Positions 26,851-36,326 of a stretch of 43,486 bases of DNA are shown here, piece after piece. The stretch lies in UHGV virus genome UHGV-0213645; one strand, given 5' to 3'. The stretch's first letter is position 1. Each line of letters begins with the position of its first letter. The notes under the pieces were generated by a model that saw only the letters and a program-made list of their open reading frames with translations, did no database searches and was not told where the DNA came from. The translations under genes were made by a program, and so were the position numbers. This stretch comes from a virus.

Positions 26851-27321
26851 TTGCTGCATGGGAAGATCATCTACGACACCCGCGAGCACCCCAGCGCCAT
26901 CGCCGGTACGCTGCGCACAATCGAGCGTGCAGGCATCATGACAACGCGCCGCAAGCTGGATGTTGGCGACTGGATGCTGGACGGGCACCCCGAGACCGTG
27001 ATCGACCGCAAGCGCAATCTCAACGAGCTGTGCACCAACCTGTGCAGCCCGGACAAGGGGCGGTTCTATCGTGAGGTACGTCGTGCCCATGCAGCGGGCA
27101 TTCACCTGTTTATTCTGTGCGAGCACGGCAAGGGGATCACCTGCCTAGACGACGTGAAGACCTGGGTCAACACACGCGGCAAGGTGACGGGCAGACAGCT
27201 CTACGACGCGATGCTGCGCTGCCATATGGCCTACGGCGTGGAGTTTCTGTTCTGTCCCAAGAGCCGGACGGGATACAAGATCATCGAGATATTGGAGGCT
27301 AACTGCCATGGACATCAATGA
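26851..27321 (+). CDS. ERCC4-domain nuclease
   Basis: DTREH, KLDVGD, IDRKRNLNEL, YGVEFLFC motifs. Confidence 0.85.
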   Translation: MLHGKIIYDTREHPSAIAGTLRTIERAGIMTTRRKLDVGDWMLDGHPETVIDRKRNLNELCTNLCSPDKGRFYREVRRAHAAGIHLFILCEHGKGITCLDDVKTWVNTRGKVTGRQLYDAMLRCHMAYGVEFLFCPKSRTGYKIIEILEANCHGHQ

Positions 27322-27532
27322 GCGCAAGGCGCAGGTCAGAGCCATCTTCCGCGATGCATACAACTGGTGGCTGGCCAACTGCGATTTAGACATGTCGGAG
27401 CAGTTTTTTATCAACGCCGCCAGAGAGATGGTTAAATTGTCGGACGCGGGCGACCCGCTCAAAAACAGCCTCCTGCTGGCCGTGTACGGCGAGTATGAGC
27501 GCATTGCCAGGGAGCAGCACCCCCATGCTTGA
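27308..27532 (+). CDS. Hypothetical protein
   Basis: GGAGG RBS. Overlaps neighbours in the operon. Confidence 0.55.
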   Translation: MDINERKAQVRAIFRDAYNWWLANCDLDMSEQFFINAAREMVKLSDAGDPLKNSLLLAVYGEYERIAREQHPHA

Positions 27533-28031
27533 CTACAGGCGCATCCGGGACGAGGTGCCCATGGAGCGGCTGTGCAGCCTGATTGGGATCCCCGTTAAGC
27601 ACGGCTTTGCGGTGTGCCCGCTGCATCCCGACAGCAACGCCTCCATGCGCGTGTACCCTGGAGACAAGGGCTTTTACTGCTTCGGCTGCCATCAGGGCGG
27701 GGACGTGATCGATTTCCTGGCGCTGATCACCAAACAGAGCCGGTCGGACGCGGCGCGGCAGTTGGCGCAGACGTTTTGTATCCCTGCGAGCAAGGCGGCA
27801 GCGAGCCGCAGGGAATCGATTTTAAGCAGGCAAAAGGCGCGCGAAAATCGCTTGCGCATGCGGGACATAGCAAATGCCTTAGCGGAGCTGTACCGCGCTC
27901 AGAACGCAAATATGAGCCGCTACGCGCCATCCAGAGAGGACGCAGACAAGCCATGGCCGGAGGCGTTCGAGACCGCGTGCAAGCTGCTGCCGGTGATCGA
28001 CTGCGCGCTGACCATTGCGGACGAGAGGTGA
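27525..28031 (+). CDS. CHC2 zinc-finger protein (primase zinc-binding domain)
   Basis: CPLHPDSNASM...FYCFGCHQGGDVIDF. Confidence 0.88.
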   Translation: MLDYRRIRDEVPMERLCSLIGIPVKHGFAVCPLHPDSNASMRVYPGDKGFYCFGCHQGGDVIDFLALITKQSRSDAARQLAQTFCIPASKAAASRRESILSRQKARENRLRMRDIANALAELYRAQNANMSRYAPSREDADKPWPEAFETACKLLPVIDCALTIADER

Positions 28032-28032
28032 G

Positions 28033-29913
28033 ATGACTTTGGACCTTAGCAAGCTGGGCACGCCGCAGGACGTACCGCGGTTTCAGCGGGCGGACTTTGA
28101 CGGCACAGCGCCCTACGACTACATATACAAATTCGCCGCCAACGCCTTCCAGATGATGCAGGTTTATAACATCATCGCGGCGCAGGCAAAGGAATTAGGC
28201 GTGAAAAACTTTGCGAAGATGTGGGAGAGCTATAAGCGCGTACAGCGCGGATCGGGCTACAACCTGGACATCGAGCAGGCGGCAACGAATTTTCCCGATC
28301 AGCCCATGGAGCTGCGCTGCGGGCGCTACACCTGCGACGCGGGCGGCGTGGCCTGCGAGGACAAGGGCGGCTATCACACGCTGGTGTGCAGCCATCCGCT
28401 GATGCCGGTAAAGCGCATGGAAAACATCGATACCGGCGAGCAGAAGGTGGAAATCGCGTTTTCGCGCGGCGGCGTGTGGCGCTACAACGTGGTGGACCGC
28501 ACGGTGCTGTCCAGCGCCAACAAGATCGTCGATCTGAGCCGGTACGGCATGGACATTACCACCGAGAGCGCGCGGGATGTGGTGAAGTATTTGGCCACCA
28601 TCGACGCACTGAACTACGACAAAATCGGCGAGGTGCGCTCTGTCGGCCGTCTGGGCTGGGTGGGGCACGAGCTGTTTTCGCCCTACGTCCCCGATCTGCG
28701 CTATGACGGCGATGCAGGCTATGCGGCGACGTACAAGGCTGTACACCCGCAGGGGTCGCTTACGGGCTGGCTGGAGGCCGCGCGCCATGGCCGCGAAAGC
28801 AGTGTGATCACCCGCGTGATGCTGGCCGCGGCGTTTGCGTCCGTGCTGGTGGAGCCCTGCGACGCGCTGCCCTTTGTGGTGCATGCGTGGGGAGGCACGG
28901 GAGCTGGCAAAACCGTTGGCCTGATGCTGGCCGCTTCCGTGTGGGCGGATCCCACAGCAGGCGCGTTTTACAAGACGTTTAACGCTACGGGCGTAGGCCA
29001 GGAGATGACGGCGGGATTCCTTAACAGTCTGCCGCTCTGTTTGGACGAATTACAGGTCATCAAGGACAAAAAGGATTTTGATCAAACCATCTACACCCTG
29101 TGCGAGGGCGTAGGCCGTTCCCGCGGAGCCAAGGCGGGCGGATTGCAGCGCATGCAGACCTGGCGCAACGCCATTATCACGACAGGCGAGATGCCCATCA
29201 CAAACGCAGACAGCGGCGGCGGCGCGGTCAATCGCGTGATCAACATGGACTGTCAGGACGAAAAGCTGTTTGCCGATCCCCGCTGGGCGGTATCCGTGAT
29301 GCGCAGGAACTACGGCCACGCGGGACGGGCGTTTGTGGAGCGCCTGACAGGCGGGGCAATGGACAGAGCCAAGGAGCTGCAAAAGGCGTACTACGCAAAG
29401 CTCACCGAGCAGGACAGCACGGAGAAGCAAGCCCTGAGCGCAAGCCTTCTATTGGCGGCGGACACCCTTGCAACGGAGCTGTTATTTCAGGACGGTCTGG
29501 CGCTGACAGTGGACGATCTGGCGCCGATGCTTGTGACTAAAGCGGAGGCCGACGTCAACGCCCGGTGCTACGAGTGGCTGACGGGCTTTATCGCGATCAA
29601 CAGCAACAGGTTTGACGAGAGCGCCGACAACAAGGGCGAGGTGTGGGGGAGGATCGATGGCGACACGTGCTACTTTGTGGCAACCAAATTTGAACAGATC
29701 ATGCGCGAGTACGGCTATTCCAGCAGCAGCTTCCTGAGCTGGTGCAGCCGCGTTGGCAAGATCAAGAGGCAGGATGGGAAGAACTACAAGAGCGTCGTGC
29801 GCATCCGCAAGAACAACACGCGCTGTCTGCTGATCTGCATGCCGCCTGATGGGTTTGTAGAAGTAGATGATGACGACGATTTCCCCTTTGAGCAAACGAA
29901 GGCGACAATATAG
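28033..29913 (+). CDS. DUF927-family replicative helicase/ATPase
   Basis: Walker A GGTGAGKT, Walker B LCLDE, G.GR.R...GG...W...ITTGE motifs. Confidence 0.85.
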   Translation: MTLDLSKLGTPQDVPRFQRADFDGTAPYDYIYKFAANAFQMMQVYNIIAAQAKELGVKNFAKMWESYKRVQRGSGYNLDIEQAATNFPDQPMELRCGRYTCDAGGVACEDKGGYHTLVCSHPLMPVKRMENIDTGEQKVEIAFSRGGVWRYNVVDRTVLSSANKIVDLSRYGMDITTESARDVVKYLATIDALNYDKIGEVRSVGRLGWVGHELFSPYVPDLRYDGDAGYAATYKAVHPQGSLTGWLEAARHGRESSVITRVMLAAAFASVLVEPCDALPFVVHAWGGTGAGKTVGLMLAASVWADPTAGAFYKTFNATGVGQEMTAGFLNSLPLCLDELQVIKDKKDFDQTIYTLCEGVGRSRGAKAGGLQRMQTWRNAIITTGEMPITNADSGGGAVNRVINMDCQDEKLFADPRWAVSVMRRNYGHAGRAFVERLTGGAMDRAKELQKAYYAKLTEQDSTEKQALSASLLLAADTLATELLFQDGLALTVDDLAPMLVTKAEADVNARCYEWLTGFIAINSNRFDESADNKGEVWGRIDGDTCYFVATKFEQIMREYGYSSSSFLSWCSRVGKIKRQDGKNYKSVVRIRKNNTRCLLICMPPDGFVEVDDDDDFPFEQTKATI

Positions 29914-29930
29914 CTCAAAAAAGGAAACGC

Positions 29931-30147
29931 CGCTACGACTGCTACGACCGCTACGAATGCAAATTAAATATTATGTTTTCTCGCTCTCTCTGTTTTTTGT
30001 CAAGTAGAAAATGCGCTCTCGCGCACGGAAATAAAAAATTATGTCGTAGCGGTCGTAGCGGTCGTAGCGATGCATGAAAAACGTAGGAAAATCAACGGGT
30101 TTTAGCGCTACCACTTGAAAACATCATGTCGTTACAGGTCGTAGCGC
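29931..30147. repeat. Putative replication origin: inverted iteron clusters around an AT-rich core
   Basis: GCTACGA x3 (29932, 29941, 29950) and its reverse complement TCGTAGC x3 (30044, 30053, 30062), each at 9-bp spacing, around an AT-rich stretch right after the helicase gene. Confidence 0.7.
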
Positions 30148-30170
30148 CCACGATGAAAGGAAGATACGCA

Positions 30171-30566
30171 ATGAACGACTATCTGAGCGTCCGGGGCACG
30201 AGGGATTTTGCCCGCGTCAGCCCGGAGGAGCTGAACCGCATACAAATTGCCAGAAGCGGGTATCACCGGAAGAAGCGAAGCGCAGGCGCGCAGCTCGGCG
30301 AGCTGATCACCCGGTACCTGTGCGATGGGCTGAAAAGCAAGTGCTGGGATTGCGAGTGCCGGGTGCAGTGCGAGTACGGCAAGCGGTACATGGCGCTGTT
30401 ACGTCAGCGGGAGGCGGACGCGGGGCGGCCCTGGATGGGCTACAAGGCGGCGATAAGGCCGGAGCTGGAGGCGTACAAAATCAAGGTTGCGGCATGGCAC
30501 AGGCGGCAAGGCAACCGGAACGCAAAGGGGAAACGGAGGAAGGCGTATGCAGAAGATCACGGATAA
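30171..30566 (+). CDS. Hypothetical protein
   Basis: AAAGGA RBS. C..KCWDCE...C.YG motif. Confidence 0.55.
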   Translation: MNDYLSVRGTRDFARVSPEELNRIQIARSGYHRKKRSAGAQLGELITRYLCDGLKSKCWDCECRVQCEYGKRYMALLRQREADAGRPWMGYKAAIRPELEAYKIKVAAWHRRQGNRNAKGKRRKAYAEDHG

Positions 30567-30738
30567 GTACGATACGGGCTGGATGGAATGGAAGACGTGC
30601 ACCTGGTACGGCAAACGGGTGGAGCGCCCGCGGTGCATCCTCTGCGATGAGGCGATCCCGCGCAGGCAGATCCTGTGCCCGGCGTGCAAAAGGGATTACA
30701 AGGAGGCCAAGGGCCTGAATATGAGGATTGGAGGGTGA
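30547..30738 (+). CDS. Small zinc-finger protein
   Basis: GGAGG RBS. CILC...CPAC. Confidence 0.5.
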   Translation: MQKITDKYDTGWMEWKTCTWYGKRVERPRCILCDEAIPRRQILCPACKRDYKEAKGLNMRIGG

Positions 30739-30743
30739 AGGCA

Positions 30744-31178
30744 ATGGCGATAATGCGGATGAATGACAGTTTCGATCTCGACAAGTATGATCCGTACAAG
30801 GATACCCTCGTTACCACGGTGCGCGGCACGGCGGAAGAAGTGCGAGAAGTGCTTGATAAGCTCATGGGCGATGAAACGAATAAGATCAAGCGCAATACGG
30901 TATCGCTGAGGCAGAAATGGATCAGCGTCAAGGAGAGGATGCCGCAGAAGGGCGAAAAGGTGTTGCTGTATATCCCCGAGCGCGAGGGATGCAGACAGCA
31001 CGGGATGTATCTGGGCGAGGTTGAAAAGGTAGAAGCAGACCCGAAGGGCGAGCATAACCTCTGGGGGCTGCCTACGCCCGGTAGCAATTGGAGTATCGAC
31101 GGATGGAGCTACTTTGAGGAGCCGATCGTCACCCACTGGATGCCGCTGCCCGATGCGCCGGAGGTGGACGATGAGTAA
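30744..31178 (+). CDS. DUF551-domain protein
   Basis: WISVKERMP...VTHWMPLPDAP motifs. Confidence 0.8.
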   Translation: MAIMRMNDSFDLDKYDPYKDTLVTTVRGTAEEVREVLDKLMGDETNKIKRNTVSLRQKWISVKERMPQKGEKVLLYIPEREGCRQHGMYLGEVEKVEADPKGEHNLWGLPTPGSNWSIDGWSYFEEPIVTHWMPLPDAPEVDDE

Positions 31179-31253
31179 CCTGATCTGCCTGATTATCGGC
31201 TGCGTTGTCGGCCTGACGGTTGCCGCGCTTGTTGCGGCGGGGGAGGAATGAGG

Positions 31254-31475
31254 ATGGATACTGCGGAGTACAGAGAGGCCAGGCGGAAATTTTTCGAGGA
31301 TTTACGGGATAACCACGACAGATCGATCAAGTATTGGGAACGTATTTGGCGAAAATCAAACAGCGTGGAAGAAATGCACGAAATTTATGAACGCATGTGC
31401 GACCACGGCGAAGCAAGCCAGTACTGCCAGGATGCTATTGAGGCGCTGAAAATGATGGAGGAGGCGGAGGATTGA
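31254..31475 (+). CDS. Hypothetical protein
   Basis: GGAGG upstream. Tight operon packing. Confidence 0.5.
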   Translation: MDTAEYREARRKFFEDLRDNHDRSIKYWERIWRKSNSVEEMHEIYERMCDHGEASQYCQDAIEALKMMEEAED

Positions 31476-31682
31476 ATGAAAGAGCATGTTTTGTATGTGT
31501 GCGATCACTGCGGGACGCAATACAGTATCAAAGCTGATGCACTGGCCTGCGAAAAGAACCATAAGGCGGCTGCATCTATCAAAAGCGCGCATTACCTCGG
31601 CAAAAAAATCGATAGCACGGGGTACCCGGACAAGATCACCGTTGTATTTGTCGATGGAAGCGAAAGACTGTATAAACGATAA
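31476..31682 (+). CDS. Small zinc-binding hypothetical protein
   Basis: YVCDHCGTQY...ALACEKNH. Confidence 0.55.
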   Translation: MKEHVLYVCDHCGTQYSIKADALACEKNHKAAASIKSAHYLGKKIDSTGYPDKITVVFVDGSERLYKR

Positions 31683-31693
31683 GGAGGCTGAAC

Positions 31694-32170
31694 ATGACTG
31701 ACAAGGTGCTGTGCCCGTACTGCGGGAACGAGATGATAGGGCAAAATGTTATGCAAGTGTTCGGTGTATATTGGGCTCAAGCAGAATGCGAACATTGCAA
31801 AAGTACTGGCCCGTTGATTTGCAGCGAACGCGGATTGGTTACGGATGCGGAAGAGATGGCCAGGAAATCCGCCCTTGCCGTCGCCCAGGCGCGATACCTG
31901 CCGCCCAACAGGCCGCTGACGCTGGAGGAGGTTAATGCGCTGCCAGCGGATGACGATGGGAATATACCATGCTTTATAGAGGTCGAACCAGGTTGGTATG
32001 AAAAAGACGTCGACGATTTTAATCCGCGTTTGTGTGCTGATGTGATAAGTAAACCTTCGTTGTCAGAGCCTACTTACTACAACAAGGATTATCGCGTCTG
32101 GCTCCGCAAGCCCACGCAGGCGGAAATGGACGCGGCGGGATGGGGGGAAGAAAATGCGGCTGATAGCTGA
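31694..32170 (+). CDS. Lar-like zinc-ribbon protein
   Basis: LCPYCG...ECEHCKSTGP. NRPLTLEE motif. AAGGAGG RBS. Confidence 0.5.
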   Translation: MTDKVLCPYCGNEMIGQNVMQVFGVYWAQAECEHCKSTGPLICSERGLVTDAEEMARKSALAVAQARYLPPNRPLTLEEVNALPADDDGNIPCFIEVEPGWYEKDVDDFNPRLCADVISKPSLSEPTYYNKDYRVWLRKPTQAEMDAAGWGEENAADS

Positions 32171-32597
32171 GCATGACGTGATCAATAGCATTGTTTCTGT
32201 CAAGAACAGGATCAGGAAGTATAAAGACCTGCCCAAAGCGGTGATTGATTTTGCGGAGCAAGCGTTGTTTGACGTGCAGACAAGAGCGAACTGCTGCCCT
32301 ACGCGGAATCCTATCCCGGAGTTTATCGACGCAGACAAGGACCCCCCGAAGCTGCCCTGTCTGGTGCTGACAAAGGACTATCCGCGCCGTCCTGTCTGGT
32401 GCGAATCGCTGATACAGAGGACGCACAAGGAGACAAAGGAAGTCACCTACTATGACGGGTCTGCACTGATGGGCCTAAGCGACGAGGTAGCGAGTAAACG
32501 CTTGAAGCACTTCGATTACCGAGGAAAGCGTATTACGCATTGGATGCCGGTTCGGTTCCCCTGCAAGTTTGAGCTTGACAAGGGGGATGCGGAATGA
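32154..32597 (+). CDS. Hypothetical protein (DUF551-like C-terminus)
   Basis: MRLI... start. ITHWMP motif. Confidence 0.5.
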   Translation: MRLIAEHDVINSIVSVKNRIRKYKDLPKAVIDFAEQALFDVQTRANCCPTRNPIPEFIDADKDPPKLPCLVLTKDYPRRPVWCESLIQRTHKETKEVTYYDGSALMGLSDEVASKRLKHFDYRGKRITHWMPVRFPCKFELDKGDAE

Positions 32598-33064
32598 CCC
32601 GGCAGGAGATCATCGATGCGCTGAGCTTTTGCGTCAGCGATGCGCGGTTTCCGCGCGAGGAATGCGGCGAGGCCTGCCCGCTGTATCCGGCGAAGGGCGA
32701 GAGCGGCGACTGCACAGGATGTATCAATAACGTGCTGCGCAATGCGGCGTGGATGTTATCGCTGGAAACAGGAGTATTTGATAATACAGAGCGAGCCCTC
32801 CTGCTATATATCCCTATGGGGTATACGCGGCTTACGGAGGAAAAAGATGAAAAAAATACGTATGTAGTGGTGGCAATGTCCGACACAAACAGATCAGATG
32901 CTATCGGCACAAGGCAGCCCCCGCAAGATGGCGAAAAGATTAGCCCCGTTGTCTACATCCAGTTTGAGGATTGGCGGCAGGCTGCAAGTTGGAGCGAACA
33001 CTTTGCATACGTGGCGGAAAAAATGAGAGAGGATGGTGCTCATGAGCCTGCCACAAATGATTGA
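32594..33064 (+). CDS. Hypothetical protein
   Basis: MTRQEIIDAL..C...C..CP..C phage motif. Confidence 0.55.
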   Translation: MTRQEIIDALSFCVSDARFPREECGEACPLYPAKGESGDCTGCINNVLRNAAWMLSLETGVFDNTERALLLYIPMGYTRLTEEKDEKNTYVVVAMSDTNRSDAIGTRQPPQDGEKISPVVYIQFEDWRQAASWSEHFAYVAEKMREDGAHEPATND

Positions 33065-33214
33065 TTGGCAAAAGGATGCGTGCGGCTCCATGTGGTTTTT
33101 GTCGGCCAAATTGCGTGAGGCGCGCGGGTATGATGTGCGTCCGGCGCGGTACAGGCTGCGCATGTGCGCGGAAAGCTCCACAACGGAAAGAACGAACAAA
33201 CAGGAGGACGCAAA

Positions 33215-33601
33215 ATGAAAAAGAAAATTGTGTTGATCGTTGTGCGGTTGGCTGCGTTAGTGCTTGTTTTAACCGGCTGCAGCGAAGCTGCCAAAGTAAA
33301 TGCCAACTTCTCCAAACAGGCCGACTATTTCGAGTGTGAACGGCGGATCACGGTGTACAATGCCCGCACGGACAATATTGTGCTTGAGGCAGAGGGCTAT
33401 ATGTCTATTAGCAACAATACATCTGGCGAACTGGTTGTAACTGTAAAAACCGGCCCGTCCACCTACAAAAAGAATTACATCTACCTGAACAGCTATACCT
33501 TGTACGTTGTCGAAGATATCACCGGCACGCATACAGACCCGTATCATTACAAGATTTATTTCCACACTGAGCGCCCGTTTAGCGTGGAAACAAAGCCGTA
33601 A
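33215..33601 (+). CDS. Phage lipoprotein
   Basis: GGAGG RBS. Signal peptide with lipobox LTGC. ADYFECERRITVYNARTD. Confidence 0.75.
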   Translation: MKKKIVLIVVRLAALVLVLTGCSEAAKVNANFSKQADYFECERRITVYNARTDNIVLEAEGYMSISNNTSGELVVTVKTGPSTYKKNYIYLNSYTLYVVEDITGTHTDPYHYKIYFHTERPFSVETKP

Positions 33602-33616
33602 GGGAGGGGCGAAACA

Positions 33617-33886
33617 ATGAGCACGAAGTTAACGGTTGAACAATTCCCGAGCGAAATGGCCTTAATCATGGCGCACCTCACCGAACGGGTATCGCATGCG
33701 TCGAACAAGATGAAGCTTTATACCTGCGGGAAATTATATAATTTCTTCATTGGGACGCGGAACAACGTCGGAATTTTCGATTTGGAAGAACAAGATGCAA
33801 AGAGCATACATAATATGGTCGATGATGGCGAATCGGTGTTTTTCTTGGTAAAATACGTCGAATTGGAGGATAAAACCGATGACTGA
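33617..33886 (+). CDS. Hypothetical protein
   Basis: GGGAGG RBS. 89 aa. Confidence 0.5.
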   Translation: MSTKLTVEQFPSEMALIMAHLTERVSHASNKMKLYTCGKLYNFFIGTRNNVGIFDLEEQDAKSIHNMVDDGESVFFLVKYVELEDKTDD

Positions 33887-34025
33887 TACACAGCTTATTA
33901 TCCCCCTGATGGAGGACGCGCTGACCGTTGCCACGCTGCTGATCAAGGCGGGCTACAGGGTGCAGATGCGCAAAAGCAAGGAGGGCACATCGCGGTATGT
34001 CTATCTACTGGATATTGCGAGGTGA
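33879..34025 (+). CDS. Small hypothetical protein (48 aa)
   Basis: GGAGG RBS. MTDTQLIIPLMEDALTVATLLIKAGYRVQMRK... Confidence 0.5.
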   Translation: MTDTQLIIPLMEDALTVATLLIKAGYRVQMRKSKEGTSRYVYLLDIAR

Positions 34026-34075
34026 GCGCCAAGCAGCGCCAAATGGCAGCAAAACAGAGATTGGAGGGATAAAAT

Positions 34076-34402
34076 ACGAGCAAACGCAACCCGCATCGCG
34101 GCAAGCCCGCGTACACCGATTATGTTAACTGGATCATGCGCTATTATGCGGCCAGTCCGGATGCTGCGACCGCGAAAAACGAGATCGAGCAGCACAACTG
34201 GCAGGCGTGCAACCGTGTTCTGTCAGCGCTACCCCTCGACGAGCGCCAAATCATGCTTGCCGTGTTTGCATCCCCTGGCGACAACATGCAGCAGATTGTG
34301 GACAACGTTGCCGCCGATCTGGATGTGCCGATCAACCGCGCATGGCAGGTTGTGACCCAAACGACAAAACAAATTGCGCGAGAAAGGGGGTTGATCCCGT
34401 AA
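34076..34402 (+). CDS. Putative transcriptional regulator (sigma region-4-like C-terminus), apparent ACG start
   Basis: Frame is open from 34073. GGAGGG lies 7 nt before ACG (34076). C-terminal helix-turn-helix-like segment QQIVDNVAADLDVPINRAWQ. Located just before terS. Confidence 0.5.
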   Translation, partial: TSKRNPHRGKPAYTDYVNWIMRYYAASPDAATAKNEIEQHNWQACNRVLSALPLDERQIMLAVFASPGDNMQQIVDNVAADLDVPINRAWQVVTQTTKQIARERGLIP

Positions 34403-35139
34403 TGGCTAAGGCAAATCCGCTTAAACGGCGCTTTCTCCGTACAGGGATGCCGCTATCTGAGATCAAACAACAAGTAGTCGCTCGTGGTACGCTGGTCACA
34501 ATCGGCGATCTGCGCGCCTGCTGGTCGGCGAGCGAAACCGTGCCCAAGAACAAATACGATGCAATCATGGATACCCTGAACGAGATCGAGCACGGCAATA
34601 TCATCGATGTAACGCCGGAAATTAAAAAGGCCGCAACCCCGCAGGGCGGTATGGCCTCAATCACCGAGCACATGAGCGCCACTAATATCGAGATCGCTAA
34701 CGCTGCTCACGCAGCCCTTTACTGGATGGATCGCCCCCGCGTGAAGACGGACGAAGAATGCGCAGCCCGTCTCGCGGAATTCTGGCAGTACACGGCGCAA
34801 ACCGGCTCCTATCCAACCGTCGAAAAGATGGCGCTTGCCTTGGGCGTAGACCGGAACACCCTCAACACCTGGAAGAATGGCGAGCTTGGAACATCCAAAC
34901 GAAGGGTTGAGATGGTGCGAAAATCGTTCGGAATTATGGCAAGCATGTGTCAGGAATTGGCATCTACTGGCAAGATAAATGTCGTTGCTTGGATATTTAC
35001 TGCGAAGAACTTCTTTGATATGTCGGACAAACAGGAATTGGTGGTATCTCCAAACACCCCGTTAACCAACGTCCAGAGCGAGGAAGAATTGCGCAAGAAG
35101 TATGCCGGGGCTATTGCAAACCTATCGGACGAAAAATAA
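34402..35139 (+). CDS. terS: Terminase small subunit
   Basis: HTH PTVEKMALALGVDRNTLNTW and IFTAKNFFDMSDKQE motif typical of P22 gp3-like small subunits. Confidence 0.75.
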   Translation: MAKANPLKRRFLRTGMPLSEIKQQVVARGTLVTIGDLRACWSASETVPKNKYDAIMDTLNEIEHGNIIDVTPEIKKAATPQGGMASITEHMSATNIEIANAAHAALYWMDRPRVKTDEECAARLAEFWQYTAQTGSYPTVEKMALALGVDRNTLNTWKNGELGTSKRRVEMVRKSFGIMASMCQELASTGKINVVAWIFTAKNFFDMSDKQELVVSPNTPLTNVQSEEELRKKYAGAIANLSDEK

Positions 35140-35153
35140 AAACCAAATTCCAT

Positions 35154-35178
35154 AGGCCGCCAAACAGGCGGTCTTTTT
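35154..35178 (+). terminator. Intrinsic terminator
   Basis: AGGCCGCC-AAACA-GGCGGTCT followed by TTTT. Confidence 0.8.
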
Positions 35179-35189
35179 GATTTATGGGG

Positions 35190-35218
35190 TTGACAACGCA
35201 TATATTGCGTGATATGAT
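35190..35218 (+). promoter_or_regulatory. Sigma-A promoter with palindromic spacer, facing the leftward operon
   Basis: TTGACA-17-TATGAT. Spacer contains ACGCA-TATAT-TGCGT. Confidence 0.6.
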
Positions 35219-35441
35219 AATATAGAATTATTATAATTAAAATTAAATATTAAATTGGGATAACTATATGTGTTCCCGTAAATGCCTTTATTTTGCCCTG
35301 TAACGGGCTATTACTTTGGGCATATATTTGTACGGCTAACAGCGCAAAAGCGACCGTGCGCAAACGTCGCACGTCTGGAGGCAAAATAAACCCCGCCAGG
35401 CGCTTTGCTTGCGTCTTGACGGGGTATCGTGGTGTTTGGGG

Positions 35442-36266
35442 TTATGGCACCATGACCAGCGCGGAAATGACAGCAACCAGGCCAAACGCCCATGCCGCGG
35501 CGGTTCTTGCTGCGGCACGCTTCCGCGCCTTTTGGACGGCCTTGGTCTGCGCTGACCAGCGGGCTGCCAGGTCGCGCGTCTCGGACTGGCTGTAATAATG
35601 CGGCTTGATTAGCTCCGGCTCGTTGCTCTGGGGCGTTACCATCAGGCCATAACCCCATTGCGGCAGCAGCTCGGCGCCGCTCTGATTGATGATGTTGCGG
35701 CTGTCCTGCGGAGTGGGCACGCGCAGGGCAATGCGGCAATCTAAGTTAACCTTGATCGCGCCGGTGATAATGTCTCTGGTCGGGCGCTGTGTGGCAAGGA
35801 TCAAGTGCACACGGGATGAGCGGCCAAGCTGTGCAATGCGCTGGATGAGCGGCACGGCCTGTTTTTTGCTGGTGGTCATCAGGTCGGCGTACTCGTCGAT
35901 AATCACATATACATCAGGCTCGTTGCTGTCGTTGGCGTTGCGTGCTCTGGTGCGCACGGTGCGCTCGTCGATCAGCTTGATGGCTGCTGTTAACTGCTCT
36001 ATGATCTCGTCAGGCTCGGAGGCGTAGCCGATGCAGTGCGGCACGTCGCGATATGGCCACAGCTCCGTGCGCTTGGGATCGATCAGGATCAACTTGTGCT
36101 CGTCCGGATAGTCCAGCAGCGCTGTGTGGATGATGCTGCGCAGTAGCACGCTCTTGCCGCTGCCGGTGGTGCCTGCGATCAGGGTATGCGTCTGATTCAA
36201 GATGCGACGCGCCAGGGTTGATGCTTCGCCTGCCGGGCGCGCCCATGTGATTTTAATCTTTTTCAT
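35442..36266 (-). CDS. Stand-alone FtsK/SpoIIIE-family ATPase domain protein
   Basis: HTLIAGTTGSGKS (Walker A), LIDPK, VIIDEYADL (Walker B), LGRSSRVHLILATQRP, GAELL..G. C-terminal hydrophobic tail. Confidence 0.9.
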   Translation of the reverse strand: MKKIKITWARPAGEASTLARRILNQTHTLIAGTTGSGKSVLLRSIIHTALLDYPDEHKLILIDPKRTELWPYRDVPHCIGYASEPDEIIEQLTAAIKLIDERTVRTRARNANDSNEPDVYVIIDEYADLMTTSKKQAVPLIQRIAQLGRSSRVHLILATQRPTRDIITGAIKVNLDCRIALRVPTPQDSRNIINQSGAELLPQWGYGLMVTPQSNEPELIKPHYYSQSETRDLAARWSAQTKAVQKARKRAAARTAAAWAFGLVAVISALVMVP

Positions 36267-36326
36267 TTTGCTGCCTCCTGGGGCGTGTTCTTTTGCCCTC
36301 GTAACCTCCGGGGCGGGGTGATATGG

